From Lama glama (lineage: Eukaryota): 64,000 nucleotides of DNA. The notes beneath the pieces were generated by a model. That model did not search any database, was not told the origin of the DNA, and worked only from the letters and a program-made list of their open reading frames with translations. The DNA lies in the NCBI GenBank assembly GCA_028534125.1, contig CM052817.1, positions 97,342,001 through 97,406,000 on the forward strand. Direction: 5' to 3'. The position numbers and the translations under genes are program-made. This document shows positions 40,199-54,749 of the stretch, in pieces (within the stretch, counting starts at the first letter, position 1; each line of letters starts with the position of its first letter).

Positions 40199-40662
40199 GG
40201 AATACTACTCAGCCATAAAAGAGAATAAAATAATGCCATTTGCAGCAACATGGATGGACCTGGAGAATGTCATTCTAAGTGAAGTAAGCCAGAAAGAGAA
40301 AGAAAAATACCATATGATATCCTCATATGTGGAATCTAAAAAAAGGACACAAATGAACTTATTTACAAAATAAAAACAGACTCACAGACATAGAAAATGA
40401 ACTTATGGTTACTGGGGGGAAAGGGGGTGGGGAAGGATAAATTGGGAGTTCAAGATTTGCAGATACTAATTTCTAGGTATAAAACAGTTAAACAACAAGG
40501 TCCTACTGTTTCGTACAGAGAACTATATTCAGTATCATGTAGTGGCCTATAATGAAAAAGAATATGAAAAGAAATATATAAATGTAATTGTATGACTAAA
40601 ACATGATGCTGTACACCAGAAATTGACACATTATAAACTGACTATACTTCCATAAAAAAAGA
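40108..40662 (+). mobile_element. L1 3' end with expanded internal (TA)n(CA)n
   Basis: Microsatellite, then caatggaatactactcagccataaaa...gcagcaacatggatggacctggag...gctgtacaccagaaattgacac and an A-tail. Confidence 0.92.
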
Positions 40663-42467
40663 GATAAAATTTCCTAGAGAATAAAAAAGAAAAACTGAGA
40701 GAAGAGAGAATAAATCTGATAGTACTGGTCCACTTCTAAAGGGGTAAAAGTCAAGGAGAGGTAAGTAGAATAATTTTCTTAGAGTGATTACCTATAAATT
40801 CACTGATTACACTGAAACAAGTTGTGACCAATTTGCACAAAATTCTTACGCCCTTCTTTGGAGGCTCATCATACCCCTTGTTTACGAATTACTATGCGTA
40901 TTTTGCAGCTCTTGTTCATCTTCCTTGAAATCAGGGACTCTGCTGTACCGATTTTTGATTCCACCCCCTCCTTACCTTCTCTCACTGGCTAAATGAATTT
41001 TCAAATAAGTAGACTTATCATTCCTCTATCTGAGGACAAGTCTATCATGACCGTTCCCTCTAACATAGCCTGAACTTTAAAAACAACTAACTTACCATTA
41101 ATTTTAAAACTTACTATTAATTAAAAAACACATTTTTTCTGCCTTGGTAAATCACAAACGTTTATTTTTATAACACAATGATTCTGAAATATGACAGAAT
41201 ACGAGGCAAGAAAGTTTGAATCCCCTTGTGGGAATACAACAGAAGTCATTTTCAATAATGTTTCTTATTCTTTCAGTTGTGGACTAGGAAGGATAATATT
41301 AAATATTTAAGTCCCCCCAAATAAGGAAATGCATAAGTAAAAGAAGTTTCTATTTTCCAAACAGTTCTAACAGATGGATTCCAAACACACAACCATAGAT
41401 TTAAATGCATAACTTCACCCTATAAATATGCTGCAAAACATTAAAAATAGATGACAGCACATATGTCTTATGGGGCAAATGAAATGATAAAAGGCATTTT
41501 GTGGTGGATAAACTCAGAGTTAAGAGATAATACTTGTTTACAACTATATGCCCCTTTTAATAGAATTAGTGGATTAAATGTGACAACTTCTAACATATAT
41601 TCCAAACACAGTATAAGAGTGAAGGTTTTCCATCTAACAAATATTTTTGTGACAGTTTAGGGTTTCTGAATTTAAATTTCTTTTATATTTCTACCTCACT
41701 AATAAGAATCCAAGTTATATCTAAACACTAGGAGAGTTAGTTATTGTACTGCATTACATTAGGTAAAAAAATAAAAAGATAAAACTCGGCAAAGACAAAT
41801 GACAACTATCTTTGAAGGGATTTTCCTACTTGAGATCGTTTTCTCTGTTGAATTCTCTCTTGGACCAGTCATCCTGACAATTTCAGATCTAATTTATTAC
41901 TGCAGCTAAACTGTATTGTCTGCTAGAAAGTGAAAACAAAACAGCAAGTTAAGAAATCAATCCGTTATTCTGTATTATATTTCTAGCATACTTTATAATT
42001 TTCAACATAACTGCTGAAGTTTTAACTTACAGATGTACATGAGGATGAAATGAGATTGGGAGGCAGAATCTGACAAATGAAGACTCGGAGAGTGTGAGAC
42101 GTGTGCACAACTACTAAAACATCTTTTATATCAAAATCACCAAGAAACTGTACTTTATGAATGCCCTTATATACAAAGCTCAAAGCCAAATGTGACTTGG
42201 TCTTTGCTTCAAGAGCTCGTATTTGTATTTATTTAATTTGCATAATGATCTGGCCATGGTGCCCGAACTCCTTTGGAATGCAGGCTCAACTTACCTGGGA
42301 AACAGTTGGAACAAATGTCTTCCCCAAAGAGACATTTGTTTCCTCCCAAAGAGGAAAGTGACAAAAAAATGACAACAAAGATGCCTTCAGTGGGCTCTCT
42401 TGAATGAACGGAAGCTATTTGTTTTAGATAAATCTGTGTATGGGGGAATGGCTGGTATAAAGCTAAC

Positions 42468-42965
42468 TTTAGATTCCACATATGAGTGATAACATACGGT
42501 ATTTGTCTTTCTTTTTCTGGCTTAACTCACTTAGAATGATGATCTCTAGGTCCATCCATGTTGCTGAAAATGGCATTATTTTATTCTTTTTTATGGCAGA
42601 GTAGTATTCCATTGTAAAAATCTATCACTCATATGTGGAATCTAAAAAAAAAGGACACTATGAACTTATCTACAAAACAGAAACAGACTCATAGACTTAG
42701 TAAACAATCTTATGGTTACTGGGGAAAGGCAGGTGGGAAGTGATAAATTTGAAAATTTGAGATTTACAAATGTTAGCTACTATATATAAAAACAGATTTT
42801 AAAGTTTCTTTTGTATAGCACAGGGAATTATGTTCAATATCTTGTAATAACCTTTAATGGAAAAAATATGAAAATGAATATATGTATGTATATGCATGAC
42901 TGGGACATGGTGCTGTACACCAGAAATTGACACATTGTAATTGACTGTACTTTAATTTAAAAAGA
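42468..42965 (+). mobile_element. 5'-inverted L1 3' end
   Basis: 42468-42615 is antisense L1 and 42623-42965 is sense L1. The same 24 bp appear in both arms. Possible TSD gctaacttta / gcaaacttta. Confidence 0.9.
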
Positions 42966-43214
42966 GGCAAACTTTAAAAATATGTAAGATAGAAAACAAA
43001 AGTGATGTCAACTTCTCTAAGCTCTATGTTTAATGCTAATGTTGCTATTTAATTAGTAAATATTTATCATTTATTAATTATTTACAGTACATAAATTATT
43101 TATAATATACAGTTATGAACAAAAGGCAATTTTGCCCTTAAGGCACCCAAAATCTAGTAAAAAGAGATCCACATGTACACGGTTAAAAGGTGGAGTGTTT
43201 AAAAGATCAAGTGG

Positions 43215-43358
43215 CTAATGAGTACAGAGTTGCAGATTTACAAGATGAAAAGAGTTCTGGAATTGGCTGGTGCTGATGGTAGCACACTGAACTGTACACT
43301 CAAAAATGGTTAAGATGATCAATTTTATGCTTGTGTACTTTCCCACAATTAAAAAAAT
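43215..43358 (+). mobile_element. L1MB/MC-like 3' end
   Basis: aatgagtacagagtt...gatgaaaagagttctgga...ctgaactgtacactcaaaaatggttaagatg. Confidence 0.75.
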
Positions 43359-43869
43359 TGGGGGAGAAAGATGTAGAGTTTCTATAAGCAGGAACAGACT
43401 TCAGAAAACTTCATATCATCTCTCTCAATTTACAGACGACCTTGAAGATCATGAGAGTAGTCCAAGTTCACACGTAGCCATGTGGTATGTGCATTTCAAT
43501 CATTTGCCTTGTTACTTATCTCTTATCACAGGAACTATAAAATTCATAGAATGTGTTAAAAGATCAACTATACGACACTAGCTGACCATCAGAGGCATTT
43601 AGTCAATACAAGTTTAATGAGTGGTAAATGAGCAAACAGAAATATAAACATTTTGCATGGTTGGGTGGCAGGCAGGGTAGAGGAGAAAATTAGAAACGGG
43701 ATCACAGGGTTTAATAAAAACCCTGTCTTTGCCTCTAAGAACTATAAATGAATGTGATGTAATTATTTAACCACAATTAATAACTGTAATTGTTTTATGA
43801 CAAAAATTAACAAAAAAGTTTTCAGCGACTTCCTAAAATATTTTCCCAGACTTACGCTAGAATTATATT

Positions 43870-45850
43870 GTTTCATTCCAATATGTTTTAATCTCTCCTC
43901 TTGCATAAATCCTCAATTCCTCTTGCAACCTATGATCATTTCATCATACCTGCCCTGGAAAACCCTACCCCTGCTTTAATCCATGTCTCCACCAACCAGC
44001 TCCATACCTGCAACCACACTGCTGAATACGGCTAGATAAAACTGCAGTAAGAAGATGGGTCTCATTTTAATCTCAAGATTGACTAATGCATCTGAAGATT
44101 TCATGCTGCCCACAAATCTCCTAGGCAGCATGGAGCATTTCCCTATTCACTCTCACATGGACGATTCATACCTTCCTTTTTCACCGAGAAAACACAGGCA
44201 ATTGGAAAAGATCTCTTGTAGCCTTCTGCCCACCAGCACCCATGGACTCTGCATTCCCTCACGTTTCTGCGGATGACCCAAAGATGCTTCTAACTAACAC
44301 TGAGTGTCCTTGTGTGTCAGCTCCTTACATTCTCATGCCTGCTCAGAAATGATGCTCGATTTCAGTTTGTTCCTTTCGGTTCATTGCCATTAGCATACAA
44401 ACATGCTATCTTTTTTTTTTTTTAAAGAAAGAAAAACACTTTGACTTCATTCCCCCAGCCAGCTAACACCAATTTCTCTGCTCGCCTTCACAGCAAAACT
44501 AAGGAGAAAATTTCCATGCTCTTGGTCTCCAATTTCTCTTCCACTCTCATGAATCCACTCTCAGAACACGGTTGGTCACAGCAGAACTGCTTTCACCATG
44601 CTCACCAAGGACACGTTCCAAGTCTATTGGACAATTCTTGGTTCTCACCTTACCTGACCTGTCACCTGCAGCATCAGGCATATTCGATTGCTTTTTCCTT
44701 CCTGAAACGTGCACATCACTTGCTTTCGCAACCTCATGCCCTTTGTTTTCCTTCCGACACCCAGGCTGTTCTCCGTGGGCTCCTCCACCCGCGCCTCCTC
44801 CTCGCCCCATTCTGTTGGATTGCTCTTGACCTTTCCCCTTTTCTTGGGAACCTCATCCATCCCTATCCTTAGGAATCTCAGATGTGTGTCTCCAAACCAG
44901 ATCTTTCCCCAGATCCTTAAACCCAACTGCCCACTCAACAGACCTACTTAAATGCCTAACGCGTACCTTCAACTTACCCTATCTTCCAAAAAACCTTCTC
45001 CTTTCTAAAGCTGTGGCAGCCTTCCCACCTCAGTCAGGGGTGACTCCATTCTTCCGGCGGCCATAGCACAAACCTGGGAGTCATCTTGTCGCTCACATAC
45101 ACGTCAGTAAATCCCATCAAAACAAATCCACCATCAAAACAGCCCCAGACTGAGGTCCCTTCTGACCGCCCCCATCACCACCATCATGTCCAAGTGATCA
45201 TCAAACGAATGACCACAATATTGTCCTAACAGGTTGCCACACCTCTATCCTTGTCCCCTCGAATCAGCGGCAGCCAGAGTAATCCTGTGACACTGAAACA
45301 CAGGTCATTCGTTTGTTCAAAAGTTTCCAGTATTCTCCTACCTCACCCAAATAACAGCCCAAATTCTACTAATGACCTGCAAGAGCCTACGTGGTAAGGC
45401 CCTATGAATCGCTACCCACTCCCTTAGTTTGCACCAGCCACGCTGGCCTCCATAATAATTCTGGAATGTGCCAAGTCACTCCTGCCTAAGGCTTTTGCAC
45501 CTGCCATTCATTCTGCCTGGAGTGCTCTCCCCCAGAGGTTGCATAACTGTCTCCTTTACCTCCTTTGCAAAGTTGTTCAAATGTCAACTTTTCAGTAAGG
45601 CTGCTACTGACCACACTTTCTTTCTTTTTTATTAAATGGAGGTACTGGAGGTTGAACCCAGGACTTCACGCATACTAAGCGTGCGCTCTGCCACTGAGCT
45701 GTACACCCCACTCTCAACTGACCACACTTTTTAAAGCAGGACACGGACACACATGTGCACACAGACACAGCAATGCCTGGATCCCTTTTTTTTTCACTTT
45801 ACTTGGCACTAATACTTACCACCTTTAAACATACCACGTTTTATTTACTT
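43870..45850 (+). mobile_element. Long L2 remnant (interrupted by a SINE)
   Basis: ctttcaccatgctcaccaagg, cttacctgacctgtcacctgcagcat, ttcctgaaac, ccagatctttcccc, aaacctgggagtcatctt and ggcttttgcacctgcc occur in L2 order. Confidence 0.75.
45620..45716 (-). mobile_element. Vic-1-like SINE with 14-bp TSD
   Basis: TSD actgaccacacttt at 45606-45619 and 45717-45730 around a tRNA-like core. Confidence 0.9.
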
Positions 45851-45869
45851 TGTCCCTCTGCATTGTATG

Positions 45870-46260
45870 GGAGGCAGCTTGTATTGGGTGATGAAAGCTG
45901 ATTCTTCAGTTTTTAGGGATTTAGCAAATGAGCTGTTAAACTACAGCTATTATTAAAAATGACTTTCTACAAACTTGCAATGAATTAATTGCATTTAAAA
46001 AGGTAATAGATACTCAGAACTCATCGTCTCCTAACTATCTTATGACCATTTCCTCTATGCTCTTTAGGTGGAGATGTTATCTAACTGAACTACTGAGCAC
46101 CTTTTCCCAACGTCACACTCACTAACATCACATTTGTTGCTTGAAATCAGTTATGGTGGGAGTGTCTACACCACAAAAATCAGCCAATGCTAGAAATCAG
46201 GCCTTTCCTCGCCCCTCGAGGGCCAGTGCTCCACAGTCAGCATGACCAGCTCAGCACTGG
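45870..46260. mobile_element. hAT-type DNA transposon remnant (MER63-like)
   Basis: gagctgttaaa...ggtgggagtgtctacaccacaaaaatcagccaatgctagaaatcagg...cagcactgg resembles MER63 as I recall it. Confidence 0.55.
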
Positions 46261-48289
46261 CTGACTGAGCCCACTGCACTTAGCTTAGCACCTACTATAG
46301 TGCCTAACACACAGTGGGAACCAAAGTACTGAAGGGTTGAGAGTAAGAATTTCTCTGAAAGTCATTTGCAAGAGTATAAGAAGAAAGGAACTGCAAAAAT
46401 GCAATGCATTCTCATTCGACAAGTCATACATGGTTTTATAGGTACTCTATTAAGTAACATCACATTAATTCAAATAAATGTCTCATAAAAGGATGATTCA
46501 ACTTAGCTACAGCTGGCATTTTTCCAGACAAATAATCATAACTTTTAAATTAATATACTCTTGCCTCAGAGTTTTGTCTAGTTTGCATTTCAGCAAATTT
46601 ACAGGCTTCTTAGAAAAAAAAGAAAACAACTGTTTTTAGTTAAAGATCTGTAACAAATATTACAGAAAAAATTTTACTGTTGAATGACTCACCTTTGAAC
46701 TACTGGAAGCTGTAAGCATGGACAATAAATGCCTTGTTAACCCACAACAAATAAAATTAGCACTCTTCAAAGGCAAAAAATAGTAAATGGTCCTCTTAAT
46801 TACTTGTTTAAATGACCCAGGACTCTCTTTTATTACCAACTGCAAGGAATAAGCCATTCCAAAATAAGATAAAATTTGATGGATAATTTACCAGAGAAAG
46901 GAAACATTTCAGTCTTTAGAAAGTCCTTGGACTACAGTCCAGTAACATTTATCTTGTGAGTAATAAGCAGATTTATTACGACCCATTAAAAAAACCCTAT
47001 AAAACATGATCACTTTTAATATACTTAATTCTAAAGCGCTTCAAATTTGTAACAAGTCCATTTCACTCAGGACAAGCTTTGATCCATAAAAAAATATGTT
47101 TAAACCATCCAACGTGTCATATTTGTGAGAAAATCTACCTGTTGTACGTTGTACAACAATAATACACCTGGGTATGGTTCCTATTAGACTTTGTATTGAT
47201 TACAAAATCTTTCAATTTACATTTTGTAAACTAAAGCGAACTAATAAAACACTGCTATTATAAATCTAGCTAAATGCTTAAGTCCTTTTAATTCTGAGGA
47301 CAAACTTGCGAGGTAATGATTATTGCCTCCATTTTAAAAATGAAAGAAAAAGGAATTTCAATGGCTTGGCCAAGACTGGACAGTAAGATGGGAAAAGGGG
47401 GCTCAGTTTGGGCCCCGGATTCTCTGCTGTTTCTGTTACGCTTTGCTGAGTTTTCAAACACTCTTCATGTTGCAGTTTTGAAACTTTATTTGCTTTGCCC
47501 TCACCTCCTGCAGACTGGCTTTCCCCTTTTTGTACGTATCCTGTCTTGCAAAATGGTAAACATGCTCTCAGGCAAAGCAATTTTCTTGCTAAGCTCCACG
47601 GTAAAAACTCAAATTCCGAAGTCCTATGGCAAGCCCTTCTTGCTAGCACACCCCTCTGCAGGTTTTATGGAAATGGGTAACATGACTTGTGTCTCACATC
47701 TTTCCTAGGAGGAAAGTAGGTGATGGGAGGGTCTCATTTATCCGGACTTTTTAAAGGGAGTGTATTTTGTCCTAAGAGCAAGGGCGTGGTACCATGTAGT
47801 TCCAGACCTGACTTGGGAATCAAACTCTACTGAAAGCACCTGAGAGTGGATTCAGTTAAAAGAAATAATGAAAGGACCATATGGGGAGAAAGATCTTCAA
47901 AAACAATATGATCAGCTAGTTCGAGGTGAAAATGAAAGAGCAAGTGAGACAAGAGGGAGATGAGGCACCACCATGAAATCAACACAGCCCCAGACGCAAG
48001 CACGCTATTTTTAGCACAGTATTGAACTTGGCCATTTTTTCAGTTCTGTGAAAAACAGTATCATTCTTTCAGATATATAACCATGCTTAAATATATGAGA
48101 CCTTTTTACATTTAAGAACTTTATCCAGTATTAGTCATAGAAAAGGCGTTGAGAGTTTACTATGCACATAATTTCATATATGTTTTCCCACGAATGGCCT
48201 AATGGGTATAAAATTATACTTTATTTACATCTGTATTTACAATTTACACAGTAATGACCCGTAAGTAACTAAAAGCCCTCCTTCAGTAC

Positions 48290-49271
48290 AGTAGTTTAAT
48301 ACAAAAAACAAACAACCCAATCTAAAAATGGGCAGAAGGCCTAAACAAGCAATTCTCCAATGAAGACACACAAATGGCCAATAGGCACATGAAAAAATGT
48401 TCAATATTGCAAATTATCAGAGAAATGCAAATCAAAAATACAATGAGGTATCACCTCACATCAGTCAGAATGGCCATCATTCAGAAGTCCATGAATGATA
48501 AATGCTGGAGAGGGTGTGGAGAAAAGGGAACCCTTGTACACTGTTGGTAGAAATGCAGCTTGGTGCAGCCATTATGGAAAACAGTATGGAGATTCCTCAA
48601 AAAACTAAAAATAGACTTACCATATGATCCAGCAATCCCACTCCTGGGCATCTATCTGGAGGGAACTCTAATTTGAAAAGATGGATGCACCCCAATGTTC
48701 ATAGAAGCACTATATATAATAGCCAAGACATGGGAGCAACCTCAATGTTCATCAACAGATGACTAGATGAAGAAGTTGTGGTATATTTATACAATGGAAT
48801 ATTACTCAGCCATAAAAAGAATAAAGTGCCATTTTCAGCAACATGATGGACCTAGAGAATGTCATTTTAAGTGAAGCCAGAAAGAGAAAGAAAAATACCA
48901 TATGATATCACTCATATGTGGAATCTAAAAAAAAAAAAAAGAGGATACTAATGAATTCATCTACAAAACAGAAACAGACTCGCAGACATAGTAAACAATC
49001 TTATAGTTACCGGAGGAAAGGGGGTAGGAAGGGATAATATTCAGGAGTTTGAGATTTGCAAATATTAGCCACTATATATGAAAATAGATAAAAAAAAACA
49101 AGTTTCTTATGTATAGCATAGGGAACTATATTCAATATCTTATAATAACTTTTAATGAAAAAGAATATGAAAATGAATATATGTATGTATATGCATGACT
49201 GGGACACTGTACTGTACACCAGAAACTCATACATTGTAACTGACTGTACTTCAATTAAAAAAAAAATAAAA
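48290..49271 (+). mobile_element. About 1-kb L1 (ORF2 C-terminus plus 3' UTR)
   Basis: aaacaacccaatctaaaaatgggcagaag, aaatgcaaatcaaaa, tgctggagagggtgtggagaaaagggaaccc, ccatatgatccagcaatcccactcctgggc, then an A-tail. Confidence 0.95.
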
Positions 49272-50369
49272 TACTGTAAGACTACTTATATGTCCTATAT
49301 TTTAAACATGATCTTGGTGTTATTAATAGTCACAAATGGTTTTATAATTTCCTAGAAAGGATCACTTCTTTTAGAAGTAACATCCACAGTAGTTTTAAAG
49401 AGAAAACTAAGTGTCTGCCTTCCTAATAATCCAGAAGATACTAAAAGGAAAGTTAAAATCCAGAGCCTTCCATTAAGACCCATTTGTAAAAACAACTGCA
49501 AATTCTATACCTATTTTTGATTTCAAAATAAACTACCATAATATACTCATAACTAAGAAAACATACATCCAACAATGACAAGGAATCTTAATCAACATGG
49601 TAAACAATTTGAGTGTTTTATACAAGGAAAATAATGTAAAATCTCTATTATGTAAAAATCTAACAGTGAAACCAGCATTCTAAAACTATTGTACAATAAA
49701 TGACAATTATGTGCTTTTAATGTGGAAAACTCTTGATTATCTACAATTCAGGCAAGTGAGTTTTAAATAACCAGTGTTTTGACAGGATCAAAGTTGCTGT
49801 GAGGATTTATTTTTAAAAAATGGCTTTTGCAGTATGTCACGGGACTGGAATAGTTAGGGCCAGCATTTCATTTCCTCCTACATCATGGCTCGCTGTTCAG
49901 TCACTTTGATCAGCCAGTTGCTCACAAGGCCCAGGAGGGTCTTCCCAGGACTGGCTCTGCCCAGCTCTTAGTCACTCCAACGTTCATTCCACAGCAAGCC
50001 TCTGCCACTCTGGGTGGTTTGAGGCTGACGCTGTGCCCGAGCCCACCCGTCACACAAAATGATCTGTAGTGTCACCTCCGAACTACCACGTTTGGTTGTT
50101 AGGATTCCCGATCGTCCAACATCTAAATAAAACTTGAACAAGATAAAGACAAACTCTCCTGGAAAACTCTGAACCCCTTACTCTCTAACCAATTAGTAAG
50201 CTGCTTCACAACGATGCTTTCAGGCTGTTAAGATCCCATGACACCTTCTGAATAGTTTTTCTTGGTGTGGCTTCTTATGAGGATGTTTTGCCTTCATGTA
50301 ACTAACTCTGAAAATTAATGCTGATAGTAAGTTGTACTACTTCTATAAAAAGAAGTTTATGACACATAC

Positions 50370-50820
50370 TTTCAAAAATTCTCACTCTTTGACCTGACAA
50401 GCCCCTCTTTTTTGGATTCATCTTTTAAGTGTCAGAATTCAGGTAAAGATGTAAATATAAATGTTCTCTTTACATGAATTATAAGAGGAAAATACCAAAT
50501 GTGAACTTGAATGGTCAAAAAGAGAACTTATTATGCACATTATGATACATAGGATATAACAGGTTGTTTTTAAGCATTAAAAATATTTTCTGTATTGAAA
50601 ATGCTTATGGTATGCTAACTGAAAAAAGCACAAATCAACTGTAATATAAAATATAATTTCAGTTATACTCAATATGTGTGACTTAGTACACACAACACAC
50701 ACAGATAGAGAGAAAAGACTGGAAGGAATCTGTAAAATATATATAGTGGTTGTCTCTGGTATGGCTGGATAATATTGGTTTGCTTACTCTTTAGCCATGT
50801 ATATAGTTATGTATAATAAT
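50370..50820 (+). mobile_element. Old L1ME-like 3' fragment
   Basis: ctttgacctgacaagcccctctttttggattcatc...gaaaagactggaaggaa...agtggttgtctctgg. Confidence 0.5.
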
Positions 50821-53800
50821 TTTTTAAAATTACAGCACTATATTTATATTGGACTTATTTTTATTCCATCTTTAAGGGGGAAATCATTTACCTTCTGGGA
50901 ACTACAATCCATGTAAATGCAGCTTTAATTTGCTGTGCATAAGTTTCTGTGTAAGGCACTTACTTGTATTAGTACAAGTGCCAATTCTTATGGCTTATGA
51001 GCATGAAATATTATTTTCTACATTTTAACAAAAAGAACAGAATGAAGAAACTGATATAATTTAACATATAAAGTGTTAATTAGAATTTTGAGAGATAAAA
51101 ATCAATAGGTATTTGTGAAATTCTTCTCAATTAGGAAAATTTTACAATTAGCCAAAGTTACATTAGAATTATACCACTTTTTGACTGATGTGACTCCAAT
51201 TTGATATTATATTTATACTTCACATTGTTTCAGGAAAATATATATTTTGGGTTCCAACATCCCACTTAAAAATCAAATCTCCTCTAGTGGTATTTTTTAA
51301 AAGGAAAATCATAGTCTTATTAACACTTAGGAATGTACTGACCTAAGACACTAGAAATTAAATCCATATATTAAGAAGATTTTCATAAAAAGTAGTTATC
51401 TGAATAGGAAAAAGAGTACTTTAAAATTTTCCAGTTATAAAAATTAAGACCGTATCATCTTATCAGTTTTCTTCATAACTGCAGTAGCCCAACTAAATAT
51501 AACTAAACCAGGTTGCTCTGTACCTATTTTGAGTAACTCATAAAAAGGTTAGAAGCTACATAAAAGAAAACACAACTGGCGTGGTTATGATAAAGTTGCA
51601 GAGAGGGAAGAGCCCAGGGGTCTAAGGATGATAAACAGAGAAGCCAAAAGTGACCTCCAAGACAAAGGCATTTAGTCTTAATTTTCCTTGAAAGATACAT
51701 CATACATCATTCAGGCATTATTTTAAATACATGTGCAAATGAAGGAGCAGTTGTTACAGGCAAAACAAAACTGGAAAACTGATAGATCTGTAGGAAAAGT
51801 AAAAAAAAAAATTGCCTATATTTTAAAAAGTCCTCAATCTCTGATATAATTTTCAAATGTCTGCATTTGTTTCCATTTCACAAATTACTCATTTCCAACC
51901 GTTCTAACAAAACAAATGTCGCCAGTGCAGAACGACAACCAGCTGGTGAGACCTTCATCCATGCCAATCCCTTGTCTCCTTATATGCTCCGATATTAACC
52001 GGAGAAAACAGCGTGAACGCTGAGAAGAATTAGCTATCTTTAGTTCAGTGAAGAATCATTTTACATGCCTTAACTACCGCAGGTCTTTTTTTAATTGTCA
52101 CAGACTGGCAAGTAAAAGACATGGCAAAAAATACCTGTGACAAAAGCCAAACGTTACTTCAGAAGTGACATGGGCGTGAGACAGAAAGCCAGTGTCACAT
52201 ACCTCTACAGATAACCGGATCCTTTGCATAAGCGCAAGTTTCCCAAGATAATTCTGTCATACAAGCATCACGAGGTCTGTGGCTGAGACCAAGCCGGGAG
52301 AATGGGAGCAGGTGTCATCCGTGGGGAGGGGGTACAGTCATGAACACATCTCATCACCTGTTGTGAAGTCTCTCAGCTCTGCTACCAAGCAGCTTTGGAA
52401 CCCTGGACTAGGTGTCTTGGGTCTTGGGATCCTCATCTGTAAATGACGTCCTGCTTTTATTACCAGGCGTTATGAGTCACCAAAATTACAGAGTGAATGT
52501 TGAGAAAAAGCAGCAGACTGGGTAACGTTGCAAAGCAGCCTCTGTATTCATGTGAACTTCTCTCTTTTCTCTCTCTAGTACCCTGTCCCTGTGGTCTGCC
52601 TCCTCCATAACACAGAGATATTACAACATGCAAGTGAGCTATAGACCACCGGGAAAGACGTGACTGGACTTAAGGCTAGAAAGGAAGTTGTGTAACGTGT
52701 GAAATACAGTAATGCTGCGTGAAATACGGGTGGTCTCTCATGATAGCAGAGGGGGCTAGTGCACACATGTGACTGTCATCTACCAAGTGTGCTACAGAAT
52801 AAAAAGGGTATGACCAGAACAGATCCTTTATTCACCAAGGAGAGAGAACCTGGAATTCTACTGTTGCGGGTAAGCAGGTAGCAAATGGTTTTCCCCAAGA
52901 CTATGCCAAGAGAACTAAATACATCCCCTACCTGTGTAATAAACAGAGCAAGCGACTGATTCTCCTTTAACAGATTCAAAAGTGGATCCTTACAGTAGTA
53001 GATGGTGCCCAGGTCTTGTGTGCAGAGATGCAAATATACACGTGTGCCTGTTGGGCTGCATTTATCCAGATTCTGTAAGTCCTGGTGGTTTTATTTTTCT
53101 GTTGTTCCATGAATCATAAGACCATCCAGTCTGTGGAAGAATTAAGTTTTATCCTCAAAAATATACTTTATCTCTAACAATTAAGGTTAGATGAGAAATC
53201 CGATCAGCAAGATCAGTGGACCCAGACTGTCACAAGAACGAAAGATGTTTCACTTCTAAAATGCATTTTAAAAGCATTTTTATAAGCTTTAGGTAAAGCT
53301 TCAAGCTTGCCAGTGTTAGGATTCAAAAACGAAAGAGTTCTTCAGAGGAAAATTAAAGAGGACCTGACACGTGGCCAGAGTTGGTCCAGGCAAGGGTTTT
53401 ACCATCATCCACTATTTGTATCATCTTAGGAGGCAAGCTGTCGAACTTTGACAGACCTGAGCTTCTCAGATTTTTTTTTTCTTTAGAGCTTGAAGGATCT
53501 TGACATCAACTGTTTATGCAACATACAGATTTAAACAATACGCTTAGAACAAGGACTGACAAACTTAACCTTTGTGAAGATGAAGCTTTAACGCAACTGA
53601 CAATGTTTACCTTCCACGAAGGGAGCCTGTGCCCTAGAGCTGAGAAATCTCCTTCTCTAATGCTTACGACTAAATGTAAATATTTAAAATTGTCTTCTAA
53701 AAGAATACCTGCTTCATAAATTACTACAAAGGCAAAAATGACCAGAAGTAAAAGCTCTGTAATACTACCAAGAACATATTCTATTTATAAAACATAAATG

Positions 53801-54749
53801 AGTCTAAAATACTTCTTTAAATACTTCTTTACAGATACACCATGTAAGATATGTCCCTAGTTGAGTAAGAATGGTTCTTGTTCAATAATCTCAGCTCCAG
53901 ATTTTCAGGTCTACATACAGAGAGGTGACAAAATGGGAAGAAGTTTAAAATTAAACTTGGAAAAGATGTCAGTGGGGTTATGGCAGTAATCTTCAACAAT
54001 CAGGGTAGCTCAATAGGAACATAAATAAAAATGCTGAACTTCCTCAATTCTAAGTCACGATCAATGGTCCGATGCAGTACTGATTTATCTGGAAAGAAGA
54101 CGATGTAACGTGTTTTTCCTGATTGAAAGAAACAACTCAATTTCTGAAAGTTCAAAAGTGGACGGGAGAAAAAAAAGCACATTTTAAAAACTAAGGATAC
54201 GGAGCTAAGTTTGTTGAGAATATGTGAATCTTCAAATTCAAGTTTAACTGTGCACTGCCCCAATCTAAAAAACAGAAAAAATACCCCAACCATGGACACT
54301 ACTGTGTACTCTTCAAATTCACCCCAGTGGTCCCCCTTAGAGTATCATGGGATCCCGGGGGCTATGACTGTGGCAAAAGCGTGTCTACAGTCTGGAGCAG
54401 CTCCAGACATACTCTGATGACGGTTTCTGCAACACCTGTTATTTCCCCATCGTCGGTAATCAGCTGGTGACTTCAGCGCTCCCGAAGTCCCTCCTGTGAC
54501 ATCCTCCCCGATGATTTACCTGATGGGGCAGGAGTGGGTACACTTGGACAAGGGACAAGGTGGGTGTGCTCTATTACAGAAATCAAATAAAACCTGTTGT
54601 TTTTGCTAGTGTTTGGCACATTAGTATTACCCCTTGGTGACAGATTTGGTAATGAGAGGGAAATTGCATGGTCTCGTCTCTTGGCACAGACTTAACCTGC
54701 TGGGTTTCACCATGTTCTCTCCATTTATCTTTAAAATATGGTTTAATAT

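Noticed and set aside
53807..53830. 12-bp direct duplication aaatacttcttt x2
   Set aside because: An ordinary slippage event with no further structure.
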